Source of the DNA: Bacillales bacterium UBA5729
GTDB taxonomy: Bacteria > Bacillota_I > Bacilli_A > Izemoplasmatales > Hujiaoplasmataceae
NCBI GenBank assembly: GCA_002419505.1
Contig: DIGF01000033.1
Span: 12,564-76,563 of the forward strand
DNA length: 64,000 nucleotides
Reading direction: 5' to 3'
Shown one piece after another: positions 46,552 to 56,258 of the stretch (positions are counted from its first letter, which is position 1; each line of letters begins with the position of its first letter). Both the position numbers and the translations under genes were made by a program. The notes under the pieces were generated by a model. The model saw only the letters and a program-made list of their open reading frames with translations, was not told the origin of the DNA and searched no databases.

Positions 46552-46875
46552 ATGAAACTTGTTATGGCAATTGTCTCAAATGAAGACGCAAGTAAAGTAA
46601 TTAAAAAGTTGATTCAAACCAACTTCTTTGTTACTAAATTAGCTACTACTGGTGGATTTTTAATGAGTGGCAATACAACTATAATCGTCGGGGTTCAAGA
46701 TGATCTTTTAGATAAATGCATCAGCGTGATATCAGAAACATCTAGGAGCAGAACCAAACTTGTTCCAAACGCTATTTCTAGCGAATTTGGTATTTTCTCA
46801 TCGATGCCTGTTGAAGTTCAAGTTGGCGGAGCGACCGTTTTTGTTCTTGATGTTGAACAGTTTATAAAAGCATAA
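46552..46875 (+). CDS. darA: PII-like cyclic-di-AMP receptor (DarA/PstA, YaaQ/DUF970 family)
   Basis: MKLVMAIVSNEDASKVIKKLIQTNFFVTKLATTGGFLMSGNTTIIVGV closely follows the remembered YaaQ pattern. AAGGTGGTG RBS. Confidence 0.8.
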   Translation: MKLVMAIVSNEDASKVIKKLIQTNFFVTKLATTGGFLMSGNTTIIVGVQDDLLDKCISVISETSRSRTKLVPNAISSEFGIFSSMPVEVQVGGATVFVLDVEQFIKA

Positions 46876-46878
46876 GAC

Positions 46879-46906
46879 AAAAGAACTGTTAACTACAGTT
46901 CTTTTT
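46879..46906 (+). terminator. intrinsic terminator
   Basis: aagaactgt-taact-acagttctt followed by ttt. Confidence 0.85.
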
Positions 46907-46927
46907 AATATTTAGGAGTAACTATCT

Positions 46928-47485
46928 ATGGATAAACGAAATCTATACGTTTATAAAAAAAACAGTAATTATAAAGAAATAATTGCGTTTTTAAAAATGT
47001 ATGATAAAGTAATTTATCAATATGAGCGCTCCCAGTTTCTAATAGTAGAAGTTGATATTAGTTTTTCGCTGAGCGACTTGTACGAATTAAGAGAGTTTAT
47101 TCTTGAAGAGTTGCTAATTGATTTTATCGGTTTGTATTTGCCTTTTAACAACAGTTTAACCGATAGTGAATTATTGTCAATTGCTAAGGTTTTAAATTAT
47201 GGAATTTACGACATCAGTGATTTAATTATCGAAATCTGCCTTAGTAAATACCTCGATATCCAAAAGAAACTAAAAGATTATTACTATTCTTTGGTTGGAG
47301 TTGAAAACATCAATACTGTAATCGGATTTATTGAGAATAACTTCAATGCAAGTTTAACCGCAAAAAGGCTTTATTTACACCGCAACACTTTGAATTATCG
47401 AATTGAAAACTTTATTCAAAAGACTGAAATTGATATTAAATCATTTAAAAAAGGTCTGTCGATATATCTCTTATTTAGAAGATAA
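46928..47485 (+). CDS. small regulator with a PucR/CdaR-type C-terminal HTH
   Basis: The C-terminal FNASLTAKRLYLHRNTLNYRIENFIQKTEIDI matches the PucR_C HTH pattern. Confidence 0.7.
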   Translation: MDKRNLYVYKKNSNYKEIIAFLKMYDKVIYQYERSQFLIVEVDISFSLSDLYELREFILEELLIDFIGLYLPFNNSLTDSELLSIAKVLNYGIYDISDLIIEICLSKYLDIQKKLKDYYYSLVGVENINTVIGFIENNFNASLTAKRLYLHRNTLNYRIENFIQKTEIDIKSFKKGLSIYLLFRR

Positions 47486-47563
47486 TTTGTGCAATTTGTC
47501 CATATAATTATCTTCTTTTTTTTTATATAATTAAAATGATATTAATTTAAATGGAGGAATATT

Positions 47564-48667
47564 ATGTCAACATTAAGTTTTAAAGCATTAGACAAAATTT
47601 ATGATAATGGTGTTCAAGCAGTTTTTGACTTTAATCTAGAAGTAAAAGACAAAGAATTTATCGTTTTTGTTGGACCTTCTGGTTGTGGTAAATCAACCAC
47701 TTTAAGAATGGTTGCGGGGTTAGAAGAAATTACTTCAGGCGAACTTTACATCGACGATATGTTAGTTAACGATGTAGCTCCAAAAGACAGAAATATTGCG
47801 ATGGTTTTCCAATCTTACGCTCTTTATCCACATATGACAGTGTATGACAACATGGCTTTTGGATTGAAATTGAGAAAAATGCCCAAGGTGGAAATTGAAA
47901 AACGCGTTAATAATGCCGCTGAAATTTTAGGATTAACTTCTTATTTAGATCGTAAGCCAAAAGCTTTATCAGGCGGACAAAGACAAAGAGTTGCCTTAGG
48001 TAGAGCAATTGTAAGAGATGCAAAAGTTTTCTTAATGGATGAACCGCTATCTAATCTTGACGCTAAGTTAAGAGTTGCGATGAGAGCGGAATTAATTAAA
48101 CTTCATGAAAGACTAGAAACAACAACTATCTATGTTACCCATGACCAAATTGAAGCGATGACAATGGCAACGAGAATTGTTGTTATGAAAGATGGACGCA
48201 TTCAACAAATTGGCGCACCAAAACAAATTTACGATTTTCCAAACAACATGTTCGTTGGTGGATTTATCGGTACTCCAGCCATGAACTTCTTGACTGGTAA
48301 AGTTGATGAAGAAGGATATTTCACTTGTGAAGAGTTAAAAGTTAAAATCGATCCAAAGCATTTAGCGATACTTAAAGCTCATAACTATCTTGGAAAAGAA
48401 GTGGTTTTAGGTTTCCGTCCTGAAGACGTTCATGATCAACCAAATATGTTAGAACTATTAAAAGATGCAAAAGCAACATTTACAGTTGACGTTGCCGAAC
48501 TTTTAGGAGCAGAAACTAATATTCATATCACGATCGCTGACAACAATATCATTGCTAAAGTAAGTGCTAGATCTGATTTATCAATCGGTTCAAAAATCGA
48601 ACTGGCAATCAATATGGAAAAATCTCATTTCTTCGATATTGAAACTGAACAACGCATCGTCAAATAA
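47564..48667 (+). CDS. sugar/multiple-substrate ABC transporter ATPase (MsmK/UgpC/MalK-like)
   Basis: GPSGCGKST, LSGGQRQRVALGRAI, LMDEPLSNLD and a C-terminal TOBE-like domain. Confidence 0.9.
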   Translation: MSTLSFKALDKIYDNGVQAVFDFNLEVKDKEFIVFVGPSGCGKSTTLRMVAGLEEITSGELYIDDMLVNDVAPKDRNIAMVFQSYALYPHMTVYDNMAFGLKLRKMPKVEIEKRVNNAAEILGLTSYLDRKPKALSGGQRQRVALGRAIVRDAKVFLMDEPLSNLDAKLRVAMRAELIKLHERLETTTIYVTHDQIEAMTMATRIVVMKDGRIQQIGAPKQIYDFPNNMFVGGFIGTPAMNFLTGKVDEEGYFTCEELKVKIDPKHLAILKAHNYLGKEVVLGFRPEDVHDQPNMLELLKDAKATFTVDVAELLGAETNIHITIADNNIIAKVSARSDLSIGSKIELAINMEKSHFFDIETEQRIVK

Positions 48668-48693
48668 TTTTAAAAAACTAAAGAATAATCAAT

Positions 48694-48724
48694 AAATACC
48701 GGCCTTTAAAAGCCGGTATTTTTT
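48694..48724 (+). terminator. intrinsic terminator
   Basis: aaataccggc-ctttaaaa-gccggtattt followed by ttt. Confidence 0.9.
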
Positions 48725-48755
48725 CATGAACAGACCATAATATTTTATGATATAG

Positions 48756-49190
48756 TTGATATGGGTGATAAATTTGATCGATTATATTATTAAGAAAACA
48801 GACAATAAGCTTTATATAGCAGAAGAACACAATTATCTGGTTAAAGATCAAAGTTTTCAAAAATTTATCAATAAAATTTTGATAATTCAGTTAACCAATT
48901 TAACTGCACTAGAGATTTCAACAAAGAAACTGTTTAACTTCAAAAATAAAATTCCACTTTATCTAGACTCAAATAATCTATTAATGTGCATTAACAGCTA
49001 TCGCTTAACTAACTCAATTTATATTAATTACTTTGCTATTACTTCTTATGAGAGTGTCAATAAAGATTTATACATCTATTTTAGACGCGGTCATTGCTTG
49101 AAAATTACCGGTAACCATGCCTTTAAATCACAAATAAACAAATGCAAACAAATCTTAAACAAGACCAGAAAATCAAATGTGTTAATCTAA
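48756..49190 (+). CDS. hypothetical protein (weak ComK-like resemblance)
   Basis: 144-codon ORF in an otherwise empty gap. KIPLYLDSNNLLMCINSYRLTNSIYINYFAI loosely resembles the ComK core. No clear RBS, and the start is uncertain (TTG 48756, GTG 48765 or TTG 48774). Confidence 0.4.
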   Translation: MIWVINLIDYIIKKTDNKLYIAEEHNYLVKDQSFQKFINKILIIQLTNLTALEISTKKLFNFKNKIPLYLDSNNLLMCINSYRLTNSIYINYFAITSYESVNKDLYIYFRRGHCLKITGNHAFKSQINKCKQILNKTRKSNVLI

Positions 49191-49275
49191 TGATATATTT
49201 AATATCTTATGGAAATTTCTGCTTTTTTTTAGTATAATGTTAACGTGATATAAAAATATTAAAGGAGATGGTTTT

Positions 49276-50499
49276 ATGAAGAAAAAAACCTTGGAAGATT
49301 TGCATGTTTCGGGAAAAAAAGTTCTTGTAAGAGTAGACTTTAACGTACCGATTAAAGACGGACAAATCACAGATGATAACCGAATAATCCAAGCCTTACC
49401 GACAATCGAGTATTTAATTGATGAAGACGCGAAAATTATTTTGTTCTCTCATTTAGGAAGAATAAAAACTGAAGAAGACTTGAAGAAAAATTCTTTGAAG
49501 GTTGTGGCTGAAAGATTATCAGAATTACTAGATAAACCAGTAAACTTTGTTCCTCAAACCAGAGGCGAAGCTTTAGAAGCTGCGATTAATAATATAAAAA
49601 ACGGGGAAATCGTTATGGTTGAAAACACTCGTTTTGAAGACCTTGACGGCAAAAAAGAATCTAAAAACGATCCGGAACTAGGAGCTTATTGGGCTGGATT
49701 AGGAGATGTTTTTGTCAATGACGCATTTGGGACAGCGCATCGTGCTCATGCATCAAATGTGGGAATTGCCAGCTTAAAAGAAGCTGCTGCAGGATATTTA
49801 ATGGAAAAAGAACTCCATTTTATCGGAGATACTGTAGATAATCCTGAAAGACCTTTTGTAGCAATCTTAGGTGGAGCGAAAGTTTCCGATAAGATTGGTG
49901 TAATTGAAAACTTGCTTAAAAAAGCAGATAAAGTTTTAATTGGTGGCGGTATGGCTTACACCTTTATGAAATCACAGGGATATAATATCGGCACTTCAAT
50001 AGTAGAAGATGATAAACTTGAACTAGCTAAATCTTTACTACAACAAGCAAAAGGTAAGTTGATTTTACCGGTTGATTTGGTTGTCACAACAGAATTCTCA
50101 GCCGATGCAGCTTACCGTGAAACCACTTATAAAGACATAAGAGACGATGAAATGGGATTAGATATCGGCTCTAAAACAATTAAGTTATTTAAAAAAGAAC
50201 TTAAAGGAGCTAAGACCGTTATTTGGAACGGCCCTGTTGGCGTATTTGAATTTGAAAATTTCGCTAAGGGAACCAAAGCGATTTGTGAGACCCTTGCCAA
50301 CCTAAAAAATGCTAAAACAATTATCGGTGGCGGAGATTCAGCTGCTGCAGCTATTCAAATGGGCTACGCTGAACGCTTCACGCATATTTCTACAGGTGGA
50401 GGAGCTTCTTTAGAATTTTTAGAAGGAAAAGAATTGCCTGGAGTTACTTCACTCGATGATGCTCATGCATGCGATTGTGGTGATGATTGTGATTGTTAA
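49276..50499 (+). CDS. pgk: phosphoglycerate kinase with a Cys/Asp-rich C-terminal tail
   Basis: [14 protein letters not shown] and GGGDSAAA motifs. AAGGAG RBS. An extra tail [17 protein letters not shown] follows the usual LEGKELPGV ending. Confidence 0.95.
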   Translation: MKKKTLEDLHVSGKKVLVRVDFNVPIKDGQITDDNRIIQALPTIEYLIDEDAKIILFSHLGRIKTEEDLKKNSLKVVAERLSELLDKPVNFVPQTRGEALEAAINNIKNGEIVMVENTRFEDLDGKKESKNDPELGAYWAGLGDVFVNDAFGTAHRAHASNVGIASLKEAAAGYLMEKELHFIGDTVDNPERPFVAILGGAKVSDKIGVIENLLKKADKVLIGGGMAYTFMKSQGYNIGTSIVEDDKLELAKSLLQQAKGKLILPVDLVVTTEFSADAAYRETTYKDIRDDEMGLDIGSKTIKLFKKELKGAKTVIWNGPVGVFEFENFAKGTKAICETLANLKNAKTIIGGGDSAAAAIQMGYAERFTHISTGGGASLEFLEGKELPGVTSLDDAHACDCGDDCDC

Positions 50500-50524
50500 T
50501 AAACCTTTACGAAAGATTGATAAT

Positions 50525-51280
50525 ATGAGAAAACCCATTATAGCAGGAAACTGGAAAATGTTTAAAACTAGGGATGAAGCATTGTTCTTCATCATCCAAG
50601 TTTCTGAAAAAGTGCCAAGTTCAAAAGATGTTGAAACTGTCGTTTTTGCTCAAGCGCCAATGATGAGATGTTTGATTAAAAGACAAGGTTCTAACTTAAG
50701 AATAGGCGCTCAGAATCTTCATTTTGAGGATGAAGGGGCTTATACTGGTGAAGTCTCAGGGCCACTGTTAAAATCATATAATGTCGAATATGTTCTTATC
50801 GGACATAGCGAAAGAAGAGAATACTTCCATGAAACTGATGAAATAGTAAATTGGAAAATCAAAGCGGCTTTGAGAAACCAATTAAAACCAATTGTTTGTG
50901 TCGGAGAAAAACTCGAAGAAAGAGAAAATAATCAAACGCACGAAGTTCTTTCTCGTCAAGTGAAAAAAGCTTTTTCCGGCATCAGCGCAATTGAAATGAA
51001 AAACATTGTTATAGCCTACGAACCGATTTGGGCTATCGGCACCGGAAGAACTGCAACTGCCGACATGGCTGATGAAGCATGTGGTTATATCAGAAAACTC
51101 ATTTTAGAACTCTATGGAAAAGTAGTGGCTGAAGCAATTAGGATTCAATATGGCGGATCAGTAAAACCGGAAAATATCGAAGAGTTAATCGCTAAAGAAA
51201 ATATTGATGGAGCGCTAATTGGTGGAGCCTCATTAGAACCTGATAAGTTTATTTTCATGGCCAACGCAGCTAAAAAATAA
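50525..51280 (+). CDS. tpiA: triosephosphate isomerase
   Basis: MRKPIIAGNWKM, IGHSERR and IAYEPIWAIGTG. The upstream extension in the ORF track overlaps pgk. Confidence 0.95.
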   Translation: MRKPIIAGNWKMFKTRDEALFFIIQVSEKVPSSKDVETVVFAQAPMMRCLIKRQGSNLRIGAQNLHFEDEGAYTGEVSGPLLKSYNVEYVLIGHSERREYFHETDEIVNWKIKAALRNQLKPIVCVGEKLEERENNQTHEVLSRQVKKAFSGISAIEMKNIVIAYEPIWAIGTGRTATADMADEACGYIRKLILELYGKVVAEAIRIQYGGSVKPENIEELIAKENIDGALIGGASLEPDKFIFMANAAKK

Positions 51281-51285
51281 TTAAT

Positions 51286-51321
51286 AAAGACTGACTTTAA
51301 AAATAAGCCAGTCTTTTTTTT
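51286..51321 (+). terminator. intrinsic terminator of pgk-tpiA
   Basis: aagactgac...gccagtctt hairpin followed by T8 (51314-51321). Confidence 0.8.
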
Positions 51322-51325
51322 GGAT

Positions 51326-51355
51326 AAAAAAAGCCAAAGTATTTAAACTTTGGTC
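51326..51355 (-). terminator. intrinsic terminator of rpsD (minus strand)
   Basis: The minus strand reads gaccaaagt-ttaaat-actttggc followed by ttttttt. Confidence 0.8.
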
Positions 51356-51361
51356 TATTTC

Positions 51362-51961
51362 TTATTTGTTGTACAATTCAACGATTAAGTTTTCTTTAAT
51401 TTCAGGTAAAATCTCAGCTCTTTCTGGTAAACGAGTGTAAGTAGCTACGTTTTTATCTTGATCAAATGAAATGTATTCTTGACGAGATACCACAGCTTCT
51501 AAACTTTCTTTAACAATCTCTAAATTCTTAGATTTTTCTTTTAAAGAAATCATTTGGCCTGGTTTAACTCTGATTGAAGGAATAGTTGCTTTGCTTCCAT
51601 CTAAAAGAATATGACCATGGTTTACCAATTGTCTAGCTTGTTGTCTTGTTCTAGCGAAACCAGCACGATATACAATGTTATCTAATCTTGATTCTAGTAA
51701 GAATAAGAAGTTTTCACCTTGTTTACCTTGCATTTTCTTTGCTTCGTTAAATGTTTTGCGGAATTGTTTTTCATTTACACCATAAGTAAAACGTACTCTT
51801 TGTTTTTCTTGTAACTGAACAGCATATTCAGAAAGTTTCTTTCTTCTTTGTCCATGTTGTCCCGGTGCATATGGGCGTTTGTTTAACTCTTTTCCTGTTT
51901 CAGAAATCGAATAGCTTAAACGACGACTTTTTTTCCACTCTGACCCTGTAAATCTTGACAT
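51362..51961 (-). CDS. rpsD: 30S ribosomal protein S4
   Basis: [15 protein letters not shown].. AGGAGG lies 7 nt upstream of ATG 51961. The ORF-track extension to 52009 is rejected. Confidence 0.95.
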   Translation of the reverse strand: MSRFTGSEWKKSRRLSYSISETGKELNKRPYAPGQHGQRRKKLSEYAVQLQEKQRVRFTYGVNEKQFRKTFNEAKKMQGKQGENFLFLLESRLDNIVYRAGFARTRQQARQLVNHGHILLDGSKATIPSIRVKPGQMISLKEKSKNLEIVKESLEAVVSRQEYISFDQDKNVATYTRLPERAEILPEIKENLIVELYNK

Positions 51962-52138
51962 ATATAATCCTCCTTTTATTAGTATTACGTAGTAATTGAG
52001 GAGCCTCACAACAACTTACTTTGATTATTTTGATGGTTTCTTGTTAAGCAGTTAACAATACTAACAACCCTAAATAATGGAATAATCAAACTGTAAATCA
52101 CCATAAAACAACTGCTTTTTATTACATGCGCACAAAGT

Positions 52139-52167
52139 ATTATAACTTATAGACTATAAAATGTCAA
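52139..52167 (-). promoter_or_regulatory. sigma-A promoter of rpsD, giving a leader of about 170 nt
   Basis: The minus strand reads TTGACA (52167-52162), a 17-nt spacer, then TATAAT (52144-52139). It overlaps the 3' end of the upstream GAF gene. Confidence 0.65.
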
Positions 52168-52597
52168 CTAAAAGCTTTACTAGGTTTTCTAGGTCATTTT
52201 TCAAAGATTGATCAAAGCGATTTAGCTTAGGACTATCGATATCTAAGACCCCAATCAGCTCATTGTTTTTGATGATTGGAACCACTATTTCGGAATTGCT
52301 ATTACAATCGCAAACGATATGTCCCGAAAACTCATGAACGTTATCTACAATGATTGTTTTCCTTTCAAGCGCACTTTTTCCACACACGCCCTTGCCTAAA
52401 TCAATAACAGTAACTGCTGCTTTACCTTGGAACGGTCCTAAGTAAAGTTTCTCGCCATCATAAAGATAAAAACCCACCCAATTCAATTCTTTGACATTCT
52501 CCATAATCAAGGCAGAAAGATTTGCGAGATTTGTTATTCTGTTTAATTTCTTATCAAGATAAAACTCAGCATTTGCAAATAACAATTCATTACTCAT
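52154..52597 (-). CDS. GAF-domain protein, free methionine-(R)-sulfoxide reductase-like (YebR/MsrC family)
   Basis: 147 aa. GKGVCGKSALERKTIIVDNVHEFSGHIVCDCNSNSEIVVPI..LDIDSP is typical of fRMsr-type GAF proteins. Confidence 0.8.
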   Translation of the reverse strand: MSNELLFANAEFYLDKKLNRITNLANLSALIMENVKELNWVGFYLYDGEKLYLGPFQGKAAVTVIDLGKGVCGKSALERKTIIVDNVHEFSGHIVCDCNSNSEIVVPIIKNNELIGVLDIDSPKLNRFDQSLKNDLENLVKLLVDIL

Positions 52598-52684
52598 AAA
52601 ATCACTTCCTTTAAGCTAATATTATAAAATAATATCTTATAAATAACAATAAATATGATAAAATAAATATGAAAGCATGGTGAT

Positions 52685-53920
52685 ATGATGTATGAATATG
52701 TAATGGTAAGATATGGAGATTTGATTCTTAAGGGAAAAAATCAACATATATTTCGTCATAATATAAATAATCAAATAGCTCATAAGATGTATGGGTTAAA
52801 TATTGAAATTGAGTTTCAACATGATTTAGTCTTTATTAAACTCAATGATGTTGAAGCCAAAGATGTGATTGAAAGACTGAATTTCATCTCCGGTTTAAGC
52901 TCCTATAGCAAAACCCTTAAATGCGATTTTGACATCGAAAAGATTTCTGATAAAGCGATTCAATTACTAAAACATGAAATCACTAAAAAAACAACTTTTA
53001 AAGTTGAAACTAAAAGAGCTGATAAAACCATCAATCTAAAGTCATTTGAAATCTCTAATCTCGTCAGCAAAAAAGTGTTAAGAGAAGTTCAAAATCTTGT
53101 GGTTGATGTGAAAAATCCCGAGAAGACTTTAAACATTGAAGCTCGTAACGAAGGAACATATATCTTCACTGATAGAATCCCTGGGATGGGCGGTTTTCCG
53201 ACTTCTACAGGAGGCAGAGCAATGCTCTTGATCAGCGGTGGTATCGATTCGCCTGTTGCTGGATATCTAACCATGAATACAGGATTGGAAATTGAATGTG
53301 TACACTTTGAGTCATCACCTTTAACGCCGATTGAATCAGTACAAAAAGTTATTGATCTAGTTAGCATTTTATCCAAATACGCTCCTAGTTCAAAGATTAA
53401 ATTACACCTAGTACCATTTAGAGAACTTCACGAACAAATTCTAAATCATATCCCCGAAGCATATATTATAACCATCATGCGCAGAATGATGTATCGCATA
53501 GCAGAAAGCTTAGCAAAAAAGAATAATTGTAAAGCGATTGTTTCCGGTGACTCAATCGGTCAGGTTGCATCACAAACTCTAGAAAGTTTAATAACTGTTC
53601 AATCGGTAGTCAGTTCTTTACTGATAAGACCATTAGCTACTTATGATAAAAACGACATTATCAAAGTCGCTAAAAAAATTAAAACTTATCAGATTTCCAG
53701 CAAACCTTTTTCTGATTGTTGCACTCTCTATATTCCAAAACGACCGGTTATCAAACCAATTGTGGAAAGAGCTTTAATCTATGAGGAACTATTTGATTAC
53801 CAAAAATATTTAAAAACAGCGATAAAAAACACAAGAACCATCGAAATTTCAGAAAGGAAACCAATCAATATTATTGATAAAGGTTTCAGCATAGAGGAGA
53901 TATTTAATGAAAAGAATTGA
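52685..53920 (+). CDS. thiI: tRNA 4-thiouridine synthase ThiI
   Basis: VRYGDLILKGKN start, a THUMP-like middle region and the PP-loop LISGGIDSPVA. Confidence 0.92.
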   Translation: MMYEYVMVRYGDLILKGKNQHIFRHNINNQIAHKMYGLNIEIEFQHDLVFIKLNDVEAKDVIERLNFISGLSSYSKTLKCDFDIEKISDKAIQLLKHEITKKTTFKVETKRADKTINLKSFEISNLVSKKVLREVQNLVVDVKNPEKTLNIEARNEGTYIFTDRIPGMGGFPTSTGGRAMLLISGGIDSPVAGYLTMNTGLEIECVHFESSPLTPIESVQKVIDLVSILSKYAPSSKIKLHLVPFRELHEQILNHIPEAYIITIMRRMMYRIAESLAKKNNCKAIVSGDSIGQVASQTLESLITVQSVVSSLLIRPLATYDKNDIIKVAKKIKTYQISSKPFSDCCTLYIPKRPVIKPIVERALIYEELFDYQKYLKTAIKNTRTIEISERKPINIIDKGFSIEEIFNEKN

Positions 53921-54446
53921 AACTGAGCGATTGATTCTCAGAAAATTTACCCAAAACGATTTGGAAGATTTTTTTGAATATGCAAGTTTAGCAACAGTTG
54001 GCCCCAGAGCTGGATGGATACCCCACCCTGACTTAAATCATAGCCAAAAAATTCTCACCCAATTTATTTTAAGCGATGAAGTCTGGGCCATGGAGATAAA
54101 ATCCATCTCTAAAGTTATCGGATCGGTAGGAATTCATTTTAACAATTTACAAAGTGTAGGCGAGGTTCACGAAATCGGCTACGTTATGTCCACAAACTAT
54201 GAAAATAAAGGTTATATGACTGAAGCGGTAAATGCAGTATTAAAACATGTTTTTTTAGAACTTAATTTGGAAAGTCTCTATGTTGGGCATTTTATCGGTA
54301 ACACCAAATCACAAAAATTAATTAACCGCTTTCCCTTTAGATATCTCAAAGATGAAGATTATGAAAGCCGTGATTACGGTATGAAAAGTAGCAAATTATA
54401 TGTCATGACAAAAGAAGATTATTTCAATAATGGAGGGAAGAAATGA
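53907..54446 (+). CDS. GNAT-family N-acetyltransferase (RimJ/RimL-like)
   Basis: IETERLILRKFTQNDLEDFFEY start and an NKGYMTEAVNAVLKHVF acetyl-CoA region. Confidence 0.8.
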   Translation: MKRIETERLILRKFTQNDLEDFFEYASLATVGPRAGWIPHPDLNHSQKILTQFILSDEVWAMEIKSISKVIGSVGIHFNNLQSVGEVHEIGYVMSTNYENKGYMTEAVNAVLKHVFLELNLESLYVGHFIGNTKSQKLINRFPFRYLKDEDYESRDYGMKSSKLYVMTKEDYFNNGGKK

Positions 54447-56200
54447 AAGTTTGGAATTTAAACAAGTTATATGAAGGATTTAATGATCCGATTTTTAAAG
54501 CAGATTTAGAGAAAATTGATATGATGATTTTAGAGATTAATTCTCAAGAAGTCGATTTTAACAATTATGACCAAAAGTTAAAAAAATTAATCAGATATTT
54601 AACTAACCAAATTGAGTTTTCCAAGGTGAGTCGCAGACTATATCATTTTGCTTCACTGACGGAATCAGTTGAAAGCACCAACCAAACCGCTACTAAAAGT
54701 ACAAACCATCTCCGAAGGAAATTCACTGAACTTACCAAGATTAGCACTATCTTCACTAAATGGGTTGCTGAATATCCGGATTTAGAAGCAGATATCGAAA
54801 CCAATCCCTTCTTGAAAGAGCATGAATTTTACTTAAATGAAATCAGGGACTATGCATCACATCTACTTGACGATGACTTAGAAATAATGATTGCTAAACT
54901 AAGACAAACTGGTTCAAGCGCTTGGGGAACCTTACAATCATTATTGACATCAACTCTAGAAGTAGAGTATGATGGTAAAATCATCACTTTATCAGAAGTG
55001 AGAAACATGGCAGAAGATCCTGAACAAAAAGTGAGACAAAAAGCTTATGAAGCTGAGTTAAAGGCATATAAGAAAATTGACAAAGCAATAGCCGCAGCTT
55101 TAAACTCGATTAAGGGTGAAGTCAATACCGTTTCTCAAGCAAGAGGTTTTGAAAATCCTTTAGATCAAGCTTTAAATAACAGCCGTATGACAAAAGCAAC
55201 ACTTGATGCAATGCAATCAGCTGTCAAGGATTATTATGAAGTCTTTAGAGCTTATTTAAGAAGAAAAGGCGAATTGCTTGGACATAAGAACGGTTTACCT
55301 TTCTATGATTTGTACGCGCCGATTGGTAAGGTTAATAAACGTTTCACTATCGAAGAAGCAAACTCATATGTCTTGAAAAACTTTAGAACATTTTCTGAAA
55401 GTTTATACGGAATGGCAAATAAAGCTTTTACTGAGAATTGGATTGACTATACACCAAGACCAGGAAAAAGAGGCGGAGCATTTTGTTCTAACTTGCACGA
55501 AATTAAAGAAAGTCGAATCATGACTAATTTTACTGGAGCTTTTGGCGATATGTTAACTCTATCTCATGAACTTGGACATGCTTATCATGGCGAAATCATC
55601 TTTAATGAAAGCATCTTGAATAGCGGATATACAATGCCAGTCGCTGAAACAGCATCGACTTTCTGTGAAACAATTGTCAATAAAGCCGCTTTAAAAGACG
55701 CTGAAAGCGATGAAGAAAGAATCTTTTTACTTGAATCTGCGATTCAAAGTTACACTGCAGTTGTCATTGACATCATGTCTAGGTTTATCTTTGAAAAGTC
55801 AGTTTTTGAAGGCAGAGAAACTACAGTTTTTAACGCTGAAGAGCTAAATAATTTGATGCTTGAAGCTCAAAAAGAAACTTATGGAGATGGCTTAGATTCA
55901 AATTGCTTGCACCCATATATGTGGATATGTAAACCGCATTATTACTCAGGCGGTTTAAGTTACTATAACTTCCCATATACCTTTGGTTTACTTTTTGCTA
56001 AAGGACTCTATTCTAAATACTTAGAAGACAAAGATACTTTTGTTGCAAATTACGACCGTTTACTAGCCGCAACCGGAAAAATGAAGGTTGAAGACGTTGC
56101 TAAATTAATGAATATTGATGTAACTAAAAAGGATTTTTGGGTTAGTTCTTTAGAAATTCTAAAGGAAGATATCGAAGAATTTTTAAAATTAACAAAATAA
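54443..56200 (+). CDS. pepF: oligoendopeptidase F family (M3B) metallopeptidase
   Basis: HELGHAYH zinc motif in a protein of about 585 aa. Confidence 0.88.
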   Translation: MKVWNLNKLYEGFNDPIFKADLEKIDMMILEINSQEVDFNNYDQKLKKLIRYLTNQIEFSKVSRRLYHFASLTESVESTNQTATKSTNHLRRKFTELTKISTIFTKWVAEYPDLEADIETNPFLKEHEFYLNEIRDYASHLLDDDLEIMIAKLRQTGSSAWGTLQSLLTSTLEVEYDGKIITLSEVRNMAEDPEQKVRQKAYEAELKAYKKIDKAIAAALNSIKGEVNTVSQARGFENPLDQALNNSRMTKATLDAMQSAVKDYYEVFRAYLRRKGELLGHKNGLPFYDLYAPIGKVNKRFTIEEANSYVLKNFRTFSESLYGMANKAFTENWIDYTPRPGKRGGAFCSNLHEIKESRIMTNFTGAFGDMLTLSHELGHAYHGEIIFNESILNSGYTMPVAETASTFCETIVNKAALKDAESDEERIFLLESAIQSYTAVVIDIMSRFIFEKSVFEGRETTVFNAEELNNLMLEAQKETYGDGLDSNCLHPYMWICKPHYYSGGLSYYNFPYTFGLLFAKGLYSKYLEDKDTFVANYDRLLAATGKMKVEDVAKLMNIDVTKKDFWVSSLEILKEDIEEFLKLTK

Positions 56201-56258
56201 TTCCAATTAAATGCCTTGTTCATTTGTTTATATAAGTGAAGATAAAAGGAGGAATATT

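Noticed and set aside
48678-48860. 60-aa minus-strand ORF between the msmK-like gene and the ComK-like ORF.
   Set aside because: It runs through the msmK terminator hairpin (48694-48724) and overlaps the plus-strand ORF. It has no RBS.
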